From assembly GCA_947304185.1 (NCBI GenBank), contig CAMZAM010000010.1:4905-68904 (forward strand): a DNA stretch of 64,000 nucleotides. The letters are read 5' to 3'. Position 1 is the first letter of the stretch, and each line of letters starts with the position of its first letter. A program made the translations under genes and the position numbers. The DNA is from an uncultured Bacteroidales bacterium. GTDB taxonomy: Bacteria; Bacteroidota; Bacteroidia; Bacteroidales; F082. Below the pieces are notes generated by a model that made no database searches, was not told the DNA's origin, and worked only from the letters and a program-made list of their open reading frames with translations. Below, piece by piece: positions 26,801 to 34,047 of this stretch.

Positions 26801-27925
26801 GTTACGGACGAGGTCGTTGGCGTTGTTGTCGGGATAGGCCTTCATTCCTGCATAGATGTTGGAATGCACCTTCTCGTGATTATAGATCCACTCTTCTTTA
26901 CCTTCACCTAAGTCGGTGAATGACACTATGTTACGACAGTTTTCGTAGTTGGAGTTGGTGTTCGTCACCCACACCTCGATCTTGGTGATGTTGATATCGG
27001 ATGTCACCGTCGGCAGGGTGGCGAGGGCTGCCTCGTAGTTGTCGCGGAAATACTGGCTGAGGAAGAAGTGTCGGTTTTCTTCGTAGTCGATGGCTTCGAG
27101 TTCAAACTCTTGTGTCATGGCGCCACCGCTCACGGCGATATTTTGTGTCTCACTCTCCTGATATGACGCGATGGCTGTCACCGTCGTCTTACCGAACTTC
27201 AGCTTCGTCTTGAAGCCGAATAGCGACTGAGTGCCGGTGATGAGGGTGCTTTGCAGAGGCATGCTGACGTTACCTGCCTCGATGAGTTGCAAAATGTCGT
27301 CTTCGTCGCCTTCGTATTTCAGGGTGAACTTATTCTCGAACGAGAACTGTGTCTTGGTGTTATAGCTCATCTTGAACTGGATCTTCTCGCCGATCTTAGC
27401 CGATGCGCTGATCTGTATGTTCTCGTTGAAGTCGAAGTTGGTGGTTCTTTGCTGCGCCACGGTGAGCGAAGGGTCGCGGCGGCGCTGGTATTTAATGCCG
27501 AAGGTGACGTCGGCCGAACCTTGCAGCTTGATGTCGATGGTGTTACTGCCGAAGATCTTGTCGAAGACCTTGCCACCGATGTAGATTGGAGGTATCAGGC
27601 TGTTGCCGTTGCTGTTGCCCATCGCCGACTCACGACGTTCTTTCCAATAATCCTTGACGGCCTGTTTCTGAACGTAGTCGGAGAACTGATCCTGCGTCAT
27701 GATGTAAGGCTCACGGTAGGTGAAGTCACCGATTTTACTGACGAAGACATACTGTCCGGTGAGCGGGTCGTACTCGATGGTACGGGTGATGTTGTCAGGA
27801 TCCTTGAGCTGGATTCCCGACTGGTTGCCCATGCCGAACGGGTCGTCGCCAGTCTGAGCCTTGGCGGTGAAGCCGAGACAGACAAGCAAGATTGTTAAAA
27901 TATATATTAACCTCCTGATAATCAT
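20801..27925 (-). CDS. sprA: T9SS translocon / gliding-motility protein SprA
   Basis: 2374 aa with a signal peptide. Giant beta-barrel-type sequence with the characteristic N-terminus (DPFGM..LKDPDNI..EYDP.TGQY). Size and pattern match the SprA family. Confidence 0.9.
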   Translation of the reverse strand: MIIRRLIYILTILLVCLGFTAKAQTGDDPFGMGNQSGIQLKDPDNITRTIEYDPLTGQYVFVSKIGDFTYREPYIMTQDQFSDYVQKQAVKDYWKERRESAMGNSNGNSLIPPIYIGGKVFDKIFGSNTIDIKLQGSADVTFGIKYQRRRDPSLTVAQQRTTNFDFNENIQISASAKIGEKIQFKMSYNTKTQFSFENKFTLKYEGDEDDILQLIEAGNVSMPLQSTLITGTQSLFGFKTKLKFGKTTVTAIASYQESETQNIAVSGGAMTQEFELEAIDYEENRHFFLSQYFRDNYEAALATLPTVTSDINITKIEVWVTNTNSNYENCRNIVSFTDLGEGKEEWIYNHEKVHSNIYAGMKAYPDNNANDLVRNMDTTQIRNLNTVTAYLTGQGYISGRDFEKIQKARKLTANEYTLNRKLGFITLNVTLNANQTLAVAYQYTVIGQEGVFQVGEFSDQGIQEPNILVTKMLKSTTINTKMPMWNLMMKNVYNIHAYQVAANNFTMNILYLGNDNGVATGYFADAPDDIRENSLLNLMGMDRLNSQNNPIEGGDGMFDFVNGASTNGGTINAATGRIYFTVLEPFGSQIRNKIFKDYPNLADKYAYDSLYTMTKVMAQQYTDKNKYRLEGRYTSSSGSEINLNALNVQPGSVRVTAGGIPLVENVDYTVDYTLGRVTILNEALLNSGTTINVSLENNTALSTIRKTFLGARVEHEINPTFIIGGTVLHLRERAYTTKVNYSDEPISNTIYGADLNYQTQSQWLTDMLDKLPLYETNAVSRVIVSAEVARFIQGINKDSKQTGTSYIDDFEGAKSTIDMRQWNFWHLASTPQNQSNLFPEGGSVGLENGKNRAKLAWYTIDQSVFYDRYGNLLPANINNEELSDNRVRQVLLTEVYPNKDIQAGTSTNMSVLNLAYYPNERGPYNYDTQNVNEDGTFDNPEDRWGGIMRAIESSDFNSTNVEYIEFWMMDPFCEEQDPTNIGQLYFNLGDVSEDILRDGRKAYEHGLPTTATVENVDTTVWGRVPSLQALVDAFNTDPNSRQYQDIGYDGISDDDERSFHSDFLNVMRTKLNMSAYDRLSTDPSSDNYHYFRGSDYDSDPLYSSILERYKKYNGNEGNSPSETQYTEDYTTNNSTLPDQEDINKDNTLSESENYYQYVIELDPMKMQVSGQNFISDIRTATVQVANGTTKRVKWYQFRIPVREPSRVVGNIEGYNSIRFMRMFLKGFKSDIVLRFATLDLVRGEWRTYTNTIQAPGEYQPGDQTNHTVFEMSAVNVEENSGRRPVPYCIPPGIEQEVYTGATSTVRQNEQALQLSVKNLVDGDARAVYKATEFDFRFYKKLKMFVHAESMYDTDPVLDNEVTAFIRFGSDLTDNYYEYEVPLKITPWGTSITDEYTIWPESNNFEIDFDKVVEVKSNRNTAIANGNTEIRPNRLYSEHDGKNTIKVLGNPTISEVRSMMIGVRNPKRDGEVSQDKSIILWINELRMTDLSSNGGYAATGRVEAFLADLGRVAVAGSYKSAGYGSLETKITDNDMRAQRYYSVSADLDLGKFMVPEKSGMTVPVHFDHNNTTITPEYNPLDPDVKLKRSLQDLDKRGQDSLNALARDVTRQTNFNVTNVRKNRVGNKKPHFWDVENLNASYAYTNQEQSTPDMEYNRQKSHRGGIGYAYTTGAKPWTPFAKKEWASSPYMQIFKDFNLYYLPKSFSFNTEMYRQIHTQKMRNKSSGLIILKETTAKSWDWTRNYDFRYDITKNLNFTYTAQAQAYIYEPAGNPERNSDEWRANRDTVRDEIMNFGSISRFNQSVKLSYNVPINKLPYCDWLGSTINYTGNYRWIGNSRYTQMRLGNTIENDKTLQFTATADMTKLYNRSDYLKKILSPRRNSNTPNRDRNKGGGKENNSGNDSITKKEKKSESSIGKSILDNTLRILCSVKKVTFTYSKTTGVGLPGFMTQPRMLGLDNGGAPGLGFVIGQNNNVLNNAISKGWLTTDSTFNQPYTERLSETYNYKVSAEPFTDLKIEVTGTRTYAENFSEYFRADAMQIFQFYTPTTGGNYSISYMMTCTSFANGDRLFDNLCDYRKDIADRLAHNNRAWVGMGSPYVYDEATGESYPLGYTSSQQEVLTYAFIAAYSGKSADHVSLSLFRTVALPNWTINFTGLSKIPALKKHFKTITLTHGYKSSFSISAWANNVNYNANEQMAVFSGTNMRIPEYDISQLMLSEQYAPLLGVTLGFNNSLTPSIEFKKSRTITLGFSNNQITEVNGREIVIGCGYTFKDLGFSLSLFDGSGSKKVSNDLKIKLDLGFRRDVTTLRSIDEHHSQISAGQNKVNVYLTGDYNFSQRLGMQVFFKYDMTNPFVANAYKTTNVFAGITARFSLTQ

Positions 27926-27935
27926 TCTGTTATAC

Positions 27936-28520
27936 TTACAAAAGCCTTAACGACTCCTTGATGAGATCCTCCACATTTGGATTGTCCATCTGCTTGAGGA
28001 GCTTATCGAGGGTCTTCTCGATACTCGTCTTGTTGAAGCCTAAGACCATTAATGCTGATAACGCTTCATCTTTCAATGTATTGTGTCCGATAGGTGAAAT
28101 TTCATTACCGCCCGCCTCGAGTTTACCGACTTTGTCGTGAAGGTCGACTACGATACGTTGGGCTGTCTTCGCACCTATGCCCTTGACTCCCTGAATCATA
28201 CGGATGTTGTTGTTGGCGATGGCATCAACCGCTTCTTCTACTGTCATCGACGACAATATGAGGCGGGCAGTGTTGCATCCCACTCCCGACACTGTGATGA
28301 GCTGAAGGAAGAGCTCGCGTTCGGCTTCGGTGTAAAATCCATACAGAGTATGCGCGTCTTCACGTATCGCGAGATGCACAAACAGCTTCACGTGCTGCTG
28401 CTCGCCTATCGCCGTGAAAGTGTTCAGAGAGATATTTATTAAATATCCAATTCCTTGATTATCAAGCACTACGTAAGTAGGATTCTTCTCAACAACGGTT
28501 CCCGAAATGAAACTATACAT
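27936..28520 (-). CDS. ruvA: Holliday junction branch migration complex subunit RuvA
   Basis: MYSFISGTVVEK...GIGY.I. HhH motifs (VSGVGCNTARLIL, VKGIGAKTAQRIV). Confidence 0.93.
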   Translation of the reverse strand: MYSFISGTVVEKNPTYVVLDNQGIGYLINISLNTFTAIGEQQHVKLFVHLAIREDAHTLYGFYTEAERELFLQLITVSGVGCNTARLILSSMTVEEAVDAIANNNIRMIQGVKGIGAKTAQRIVVDLHDKVGKLEAGGNEISPIGHNTLKDEALSALMVLGFNKTSIEKTLDKLLKQMDNPNVEDLIKESLRLL

Positions 28521-28550
28521 ATCAAAAATTGACTATTATCTTTAAACTTG

Positions 28551-28558
28551 CAAAAATA
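28551..28558 (-). promoter_or_regulatory. -7 box TATTTTTG for ruvA-sprA
   Basis: Plus strand reads caaaaata. It lies 31 nt upstream of ATG 28520. Confidence 0.5.
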
Positions 28559-28615
28559 ATAAAAATTTCGGTATGAAAAACGAATATTTTTTGTTTGTTT
28601 TCAAAACTATTTTTG

Positions 28616-28623
28616 TAAATTTG
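28616..28623 (+). promoter_or_regulatory. -7 box TAAATTTG for the phosphofructokinase gene
   Basis: Matches TAnnTTTG, 22 nt upstream of ATG 28645. Confidence 0.55.
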
Positions 28624-28644
28624 CAAGGATAAAATTTTTACAAT

Positions 28645-29865
28645 ATGAAATCAATCGTTATTCTCGCCGGCGGCGGCCCGGCACCAGGCATCAACACGGT
28701 GGTGAGCACTGTGGCAAAGACATTTTTGACAGACGGTTACCGCGTCATCGGACTTCATGAGGGTTATAAAAACCTGTTCAAACCGAACCCGAGAACGGTG
28801 GACATCGACTTCCTCTATGCCGATCAAATCATGAAAATGGGCGGCTCGGCACTGCAGATGAGCCGTTACAAACCGAAAGACGAGGAGTTTAACGTTGATT
28901 TCTTCGTTAAAAACGATGTGAACCTCTTGGTGACCATCGGTGGCGACGACACCGCTTCGACAGCTAACCGCATCTCTAAGTTCTTGATGAAGAACAACGT
29001 GCATGTGCAGAACATCCATGTGCCTAAGACCATCGACAACGACCTTCCTTTGCCTGAAGGCAGCCCGACATTCGGATATTATTCAGCAAAAGAAGCTGGT
29101 GTGAAGATTTTGCAGACAGTTTATGAAGACGCTCGCACCAGCGGCAACTGGTTTGTGGTGTCGGCAATGGGTCGTGAGGCTGGTCACCTGGCATTCGGCA
29201 TGGGCTATGCTTGCCATTACCCGATGATTATCATACCTGAGATGTTCTACAAGACAGAAGTCACATTCGATAAGATTTTGCGACTCATCATCAGCTCGAT
29301 GATTAAGCGTAAGATGTTGGGTATCAATTATGGTGTGGCAAGTGTCTCAGAAGGTGTGTTCCACTTCATGACAGATGAGGAGATCCAGAATTCAGGCGTG
29401 AACTTCACTTACGACGAGCACGGACATCCGGAGCTTGGCAACGTCAGTAAAGCGCACATTTTCAACATGTTACTGCAACAGAGGTTGAAACTTCTCGGCT
29501 TGAACATCAAGAGTCGTCCGGTGGAAGTCGGTTATGAAATCCGTTGTGTCGATCCTTGCGCTTTCGACTTGCAATATTGCTCGATTCTCGGCTACGGTGT
29601 GAAGAAGCTGTTCGACCAGGGTATCACTGGCGCTATGGTCACCGCCGACCCGAAAGGCCAGGTCAGCCCGCTGTATCTGAAGGATGTCGAGGATGAGAAC
29701 GGAAAGGTGAAGCCGCGTCTTGTGAACATGCAAGGCGAAAAGGCGAAACTGGTGTTCAACCACTGCATGCAGTACATCACCCCAGCCGACTACGAAGGCG
29801 CGAAGAAATACGTGGAGAACCCTGAGGACTACGATTTCAGGAAAATCCTTAACTGGGCAGAATAA
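28645..29865 (+). CDS. pfp: Phosphofructokinase family, pyrophosphate-dependent signature
   Basis: PFK fold (ILAGGGPAPGIN, GGDDT, PKTIDNDL). It has Asp and Lys at the two positions that are Gly in ATP-dependent PFKs. Confidence 0.8.
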   Translation: MKSIVILAGGGPAPGINTVVSTVAKTFLTDGYRVIGLHEGYKNLFKPNPRTVDIDFLYADQIMKMGGSALQMSRYKPKDEEFNVDFFVKNDVNLLVTIGGDDTASTANRISKFLMKNNVHVQNIHVPKTIDNDLPLPEGSPTFGYYSAKEAGVKILQTVYEDARTSGNWFVVSAMGREAGHLAFGMGYACHYPMIIIPEMFYKTEVTFDKILRLIISSMIKRKMLGINYGVASVSEGVFHFMTDEEIQNSGVNFTYDEHGHPELGNVSKAHIFNMLLQQRLKLLGLNIKSRPVEVGYEIRCVDPCAFDLQYCSILGYGVKKLFDQGITGAMVTADPKGQVSPLYLKDVEDENGKVKPRLVNMQGEKAKLVFNHCMQYITPADYEGAKKYVENPEDYDFRKILNWAE

Positions 29866-29892
29866 AAAATGGGGCAATGCCCCATTTTTTTA
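29864..29892. terminator. Bidirectional intrinsic terminator
   Basis: aaaaatggggc/gccccattttt stem with loop aat. The A-run and T-run arms overlap both convergent stop codons (29863-29865 and 29890-29892). Confidence 0.85.
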
Positions 29893-30753
29893 TTTCAAAT
29901 CTGTTACTAGTCGTACCATTAAACCGTAGAATTTTTGAAGCTGCATTCCGTGGTTGTCTAATCCGAAGTAATCGTCACGTTGGCTCGAGCTCCAATAATT
30001 CGTGCCCCAATCACCATTGCCTTTAGGTTTCTGCATGGTATTGCATTCGCGTTTATGTGTCACTGGCATGAAAACTGCGCCATGTGATTCGAAATATCTG
30101 TACCAATCGGATATGCTCAAATTAATATTGCTGTTGTTGGAAAGCTGATAATTTTCGTTGTTCCATGTGTCTGGAAGGAGAATAACACCCTGAATGCCTT
30201 GTAAATCGACATTCACATAAGATACCTTGATAGTTTTAATGTTGCGATTGCGCATTAAAAGATAATACCACTCCATCGATGTAAGAGACCTCCAGTTGTG
30301 GTCTATACCATTAATAATCTTGTTGTCGCCCCATTCATGATATTCTCTGTATTTATCGATATCATCATAAGTGCATCCTGTAAATGTAGGATTCTGGCCG
30401 GTTCCCCAACCGAACACATCAATCCATCCGTCGTAGGTGTTCGAAGTCAATGCATTGTTGCATTTGACGTCATTTTCGAAAACATTGCCATCAGTATCGT
30501 CACCGACAAAGTCCCATTGATGTTCGGCAAAACGCCACGTGTCTGTTGATGCTTGGTATTGTAAATTACCTTGTGAGAAATAGACTTTATCGCCTTGTTG
30601 GTTGATAGTGAAAGGTCCATAGAGTCGGCTTCTCATTTCTTTGATGCTGTCTTGAGTCTGTTCTCCTTCAGCAATTTGGTTGATTTCGGCATCCTGCGCT
30701 GAGGCAAAAACAAATGCCATCATAGCGAGTAGTAAAAAAGTGATTTTTTTCAT
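29890..30753 (-). CDS. Secreted protein of unknown function with a FISUMP/DUF1566-like motif pattern
   Basis: Signal peptide. YFSQGNLQYQ..WRFAEHQWDF, WRSLTSMEWYYLL, GAVFMPV, NYWSSS and a C-terminal G.MVRLV. Confidence 0.5.
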   Translation of the reverse strand: MKKITFLLLAMMAFVFASAQDAEINQIAEGEQTQDSIKEMRSRLYGPFTINQQGDKVYFSQGNLQYQASTDTWRFAEHQWDFVGDDTDGNVFENDVKCNNALTSNTYDGWIDVFGWGTGQNPTFTGCTYDDIDKYREYHEWGDNKIINGIDHNWRSLTSMEWYYLLMRNRNIKTIKVSYVNVDLQGIQGVILLPDTWNNENYQLSNNSNINLSISDWYRYFESHGAVFMPVTHKRECNTMQKPKGNGDWGTNYWSSSQRDDYFGLDNHGMQLQKFYGLMVRLVTDLK

Positions 30754-30784
30754 AATGTATAAATTAAAATTTAAAAAACTATAT

Positions 30785-32056
30785 TCACATCTCTATCACC
30801 AGTTGCAGCGTGCTGCGGCTTCGCTGCTCCACGAAGACCTTCTTTCCTTTAATGAAGTCGTTTTCGATGCCCGGTTGGTAATGACGGATTGTAAACAATT
30901 GTAAGCCAATATTATAACGAATAATGAACGACTGCTCCAGTGATGCGATGAGTTGCTGGAGCTTCTTCTCATTTTCATCGAAGCAGATGGAGAGGTTCAA
31001 TGCCGATGTCTGAATCATGTTGGCGTGGATGTTCAGCTCGTTGAGCATCGCGAAGAGGATGCCGAGGTTTTGCTCGTTCATGAAAGAATAGTCGCGCGGA
31101 CGGATGGTTACAAGTGTCTGGTTGTCCTTCACTATAAACGACGGAATGTATTTGATGAACTCGTCGCTACCGTCGACGACGGTCGGCTCAAGCGAGGCAT
31201 CGAGGAAACAGCGCACCTTCAACGGGATGTTCTTGTTTTGCAGAGGTTTGGTGGTCTTCGGGTGCAAAACGGTGGCACCGTAGAATGTTAGCTCGGTGGC
31301 TTCGGAGTAGGAGAGGTGCGGGATCTTCTCGGTATGCTCGAAACGTTTCGGGTCGGCGTTGCGCACTCCGTCGACATCTTTCCAAACCGATAACTCGCTG
31401 GCATTCAGTAAGTTGGCGAAGATAGCGCCTGTGTAGTCGGAGCCCTCGCGACCAAGAGTCGTTGTCACCACCGGCTTCGTCGATGAGCCGATGAAACCTT
31501 GAGTGATATACATCGTGCCATCGTGTTCCTCCTGCAGTTTCTGAATCCTCAGCCGGCTCTCGTCGAAGTCGACATTCGCGGCACGGAAGGTATGATCGGT
31601 GATGATATATTGTCGTGCGTCGAGGAGGCGGTTTTTGATGCCGCAGTCGTTGAGGTAAGCCGAGATTATCGTCGTCGACAGCATCTCGCCGAAGCTGATG
31701 GTCTGGTCGTATTGATAGTCGTAGTCATAACCTGTCTCTTGAAGGTTGAGATACAGATCCAAAAACAGATTTGTAACTGCCTCAAACACAGGATGTTCGG
31801 CGTTTCCGTCAAAGAGTTCGAGCATGATTTTCTCGTGATAGTTCATGAGGTCGCGCATGGCATCGATCGAGAGGTGGCCGTCGGCGTCGCGGAATGCCTT
31901 GAGGACTTTCTCAATGCCGTTGGTGGTCTTTCCCATGGCGCTGATGACAAGCATTAGGTCGCTACGGTCTTCATTCTCAAGGATTTGCTTGAGGTTTCTC
32001 ACGGCGTCGGCGTCTTTTACCGATGCGCCACCGAACTTAAAAACTCTTTTAATCAT
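30785..32056 (-). CDS. lysC: Aspartate kinase (monofunctional)
   Basis: VFKFGGASV N-terminal kinase motif, TLGREGSDYTGAIFA, and C-terminal ACT-like repeats. Confidence 0.88.
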   Translation of the reverse strand: MIKRVFKFGGASVKDADAVRNLKQILENEDRSDLMLVISAMGKTTNGIEKVLKAFRDADGHLSIDAMRDLMNYHEKIMLELFDGNAEHPVFEAVTNLFLDLYLNLQETGYDYDYQYDQTISFGEMLSTTIISAYLNDCGIKNRLLDARQYIITDHTFRAANVDFDESRLRIQKLQEEHDGTMYITQGFIGSSTKPVVTTTLGREGSDYTGAIFANLLNASELSVWKDVDGVRNADPKRFEHTEKIPHLSYSEATELTFYGATVLHPKTTKPLQNKNIPLKVRCFLDASLEPTVVDGSDEFIKYIPSFIVKDNQTLVTIRPRDYSFMNEQNLGILFAMLNELNIHANMIQTSALNLSICFDENEKKLQQLIASLEQSFIIRYNIGLQLFTIRHYQPGIENDFIKGKKVFVEQRSRSTLQLVIEM

Positions 32057-32082
32057 GACGGCACTTTTCTAAAATAACGTCA

Positions 32083-32090
32083 CAAAAATA
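32083..32090 (-). promoter_or_regulatory. -7 box TATTTTTG for aspartate kinase
   Basis: Plus strand reads caaaaata. It lies 26 nt upstream of ATG 32056. Confidence 0.55.
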
Positions 32091-32111
32091 GGAAATATTT
32101 TGTTCGGGTTT

Positions 32112-32966
32112 CTATTCCTTAACCACTTTCTTTGTGATTTTTTCTCCTTTTTTGTCGGTGATGTTTAAGAAATAAATACCATTTGGCTGACTGGAAATAT
32201 CTATGGTGATTTCATCTTCGCAGCATTCGATTTCCGAAACTTTTTGTCCCAAAGCGTTTAAAATTTCGATTCTTGAAATATTATCACCGTATAATGTTAG
32301 TGTTTTATTCGTTGGATTTGGATAAACTTTATAAGGACTTGTTTCTTCGTTATTTTCAGGAACATCCGAGTAATGTCTCCTTAAAGTAATACATATTGGG
32401 AAGAAATGATCGGCATACATTTCGTAGAACCAGTTCCAGTGTTGCAAATCATTTTCGTCATACGGAGGTTGTGGGCCGGTTGTATCCAAGCCCAATATAT
32501 ACCAGCCGTAATAATCAACTATCTCCCAGCCCTCTAGAGTATGACTCCAAGTATATTCATTTTCAATCTTTGCGCGAACAATAGGAGGATTATCACCAAT
32601 GATGGTGTCAAAAAGTCTTCTGTTCCAACTTATCGTAATTGGAAAATTGGATTGAGTGGCATATACCCAAATATTATTAAAATCATTCGTAAAAAGATGG
32701 GTCTTGCTTTTCCAAAGGGTATCACCGGTTCTTCTGAAGTATACTTGAAAACCTTCATCGTCAAGGCAGTAACGTTCTTCTGTAACATTAATAGTGTTGT
32801 TTTCAAGCTTCGAATCTTCCCTTTGTATAAACCATACTGTATCTGAAACGCCGAATTTATCGGTAAAAATCATAGGGAATTCCCATCTGTTTTGAGAGTT
32901 GGCGATTTCGCATAATGATAGTAAAATCAGTGCCAACAATGCGCTTTTTATAGTAGAAATTTTCAT
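32112..32966 (-). CDS. T9SS cargo protein of unknown function (C-terminal sorting domain)
   Basis: Signal peptide and a C-terminal VYPNPTNKTLTL...NGIYFLNITDKKGEKITKKVVKE CTD. Markedly AT-rich. Confidence 0.7.
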   Translation of the reverse strand: MKISTIKSALLALILLSLCEIANSQNRWEFPMIFTDKFGVSDTVWFIQREDSKLENNTINVTEERYCLDDEGFQVYFRRTGDTLWKSKTHLFTNDFNNIWVYATQSNFPITISWNRRLFDTIIGDNPPIVRAKIENEYTWSHTLEGWEIVDYYGWYILGLDTTGPQPPYDENDLQHWNWFYEMYADHFFPICITLRRHYSDVPENNEETSPYKVYPNPTNKTLTLYGDNISRIEILNALGQKVSEIECCEDEITIDISSQPNGIYFLNITDKKGEKITKKVVKE

Positions 32967-32999
32967 ATCTTTATATGATTAAGTCGTTAATAATCAGCG

Positions 33000-33007
33000 C
33001 AAAGATA
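33000..33007 (-). promoter_or_regulatory. -7 box TATCTTTG for the 32966 gene
   Basis: Plus strand reads caaagata. It lies 33 nt upstream of ATG 32966. Confidence 0.55.
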
Positions 33008-33036
33008 TGAATAATTTTTTAAAAATGCAAATATTT

Positions 33037-34044
33037 TTACAAAAACGTCAAGAAATCTTCGTAATTCTTTTGAAGAAGCGTTGGAGTGTCAAGGCCGTAA
33101 GGGCATTTCTTCTTGCATTGGCCGCAGTGGAGACAGCCCTTCACCTTCTCCATTTTAGCTTTGTATTCGTCGCCGAGGTAGACACTCAACGGCGCGCGGC
33201 GCAGATAGAGACTCATTCGGGCGCAGTCGGGGATGTAGATGCCGGCCGGACATGGCAAACAATAGCCGCAGCCACGACAGAAGTCGCCCGACAGCTCTTC
33301 CTTGTCTTTGTTGACCTTAGCCCAGCGTTCTTTGGTCATCGTTGGCGGATTGTCTTGATATGAGATAAACTCGTCGAGCTCGCTCTCTTTTTGTATGCCC
33401 CAGATAGGCAAAACATGCTCGTATTGGTTCAAAAATGCATACGCCGTAGCCGAATCGGTGATCAGGCCGCCTGAGAGTGCCTTCATGCAGATAAATCCCA
33501 TGTCGGCTTTTTTACACATTTCCACAATCTCCAAGTCTTTATCTGAAGCCAGATATGAAAACGGGAACTGCATCGTCTCGTAAAGTCCCGATTCTATTGC
33601 CTCTTTCGCAACTTTCAGCCTGTGATTTGTGATGCCGACATGACGAATCTTGCCTTGTTTTTTCGCTTCGAGCATCGCCTCGTAAAGTCCGGTGTCGTCG
33701 CCTGGTTTCGGACAGAAGGCGAGGTTGTGGAACTGATAAAGGTCGATGTAGTCGGTTTTGAGCAGTCCTAAGCTCGTTTCGAGGTCTTTCCAGAAGTTTT
33801 CGGTTGTCGTGGCACCAGTTTTCGTGGCGATGATGATCTTGTCGCGCATGCCTTGGAAGGCGTATCCCATCTTCTCTTCGCTGTCGGTGTAGAATCGTGC
33901 GGTGTCGAAGTAGGTGATGCCGTTATCGTAGGCCTTCCTTAGCAGATGTGCCGCCTCGTCCTTCGTGATACGCTGTATCGGCAGCGCCCCGAAGCCGTTT
34001 TTGTTTACGACGAAGCCCGTCTTGCCAAGGACAACCTTATCCAT
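33037..34044 (-). CDS. Aldo/keto reductase fused to a C-terminal 2x[4Fe-4S] ferredoxin-like domain
   Basis: AKR catalytic context (FDTARFY, IIIATK, LYQFHN), plus CRGCGYCLPCP and CLHCGQCKKKCP. Confidence 0.8.
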   Translation of the reverse strand: MDKVVLGKTGFVVNKNGFGALPIQRITKDEAAHLLRKAYDNGITYFDTARFYTDSEEKMGYAFQGMRDKIIIATKTGATTTENFWKDLETSLGLLKTDYIDLYQFHNLAFCPKPGDDTGLYEAMLEAKKQGKIRHVGITNHRLKVAKEAIESGLYETMQFPFSYLASDKDLEIVEMCKKADMGFICMKALSGGLITDSATAYAFLNQYEHVLPIWGIQKESELDEFISYQDNPPTMTKERWAKVNKDKEELSGDFCRGCGYCLPCPAGIYIPDCARMSLYLRRAPLSVYLGDEYKAKMEKVKGCLHCGQCKKKCPYGLDTPTLLQKNYEDFLTFL

Positions 34045-34047
34045 CTT

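Noticed and set aside
27251-27898. 215-aa + strand ORF inside sprA, plus many other 60-150-aa ORFs across 20801-27925
   Set aside because: These are antisense or off-frame shadows of the continuous 2374-aa sprA frame.
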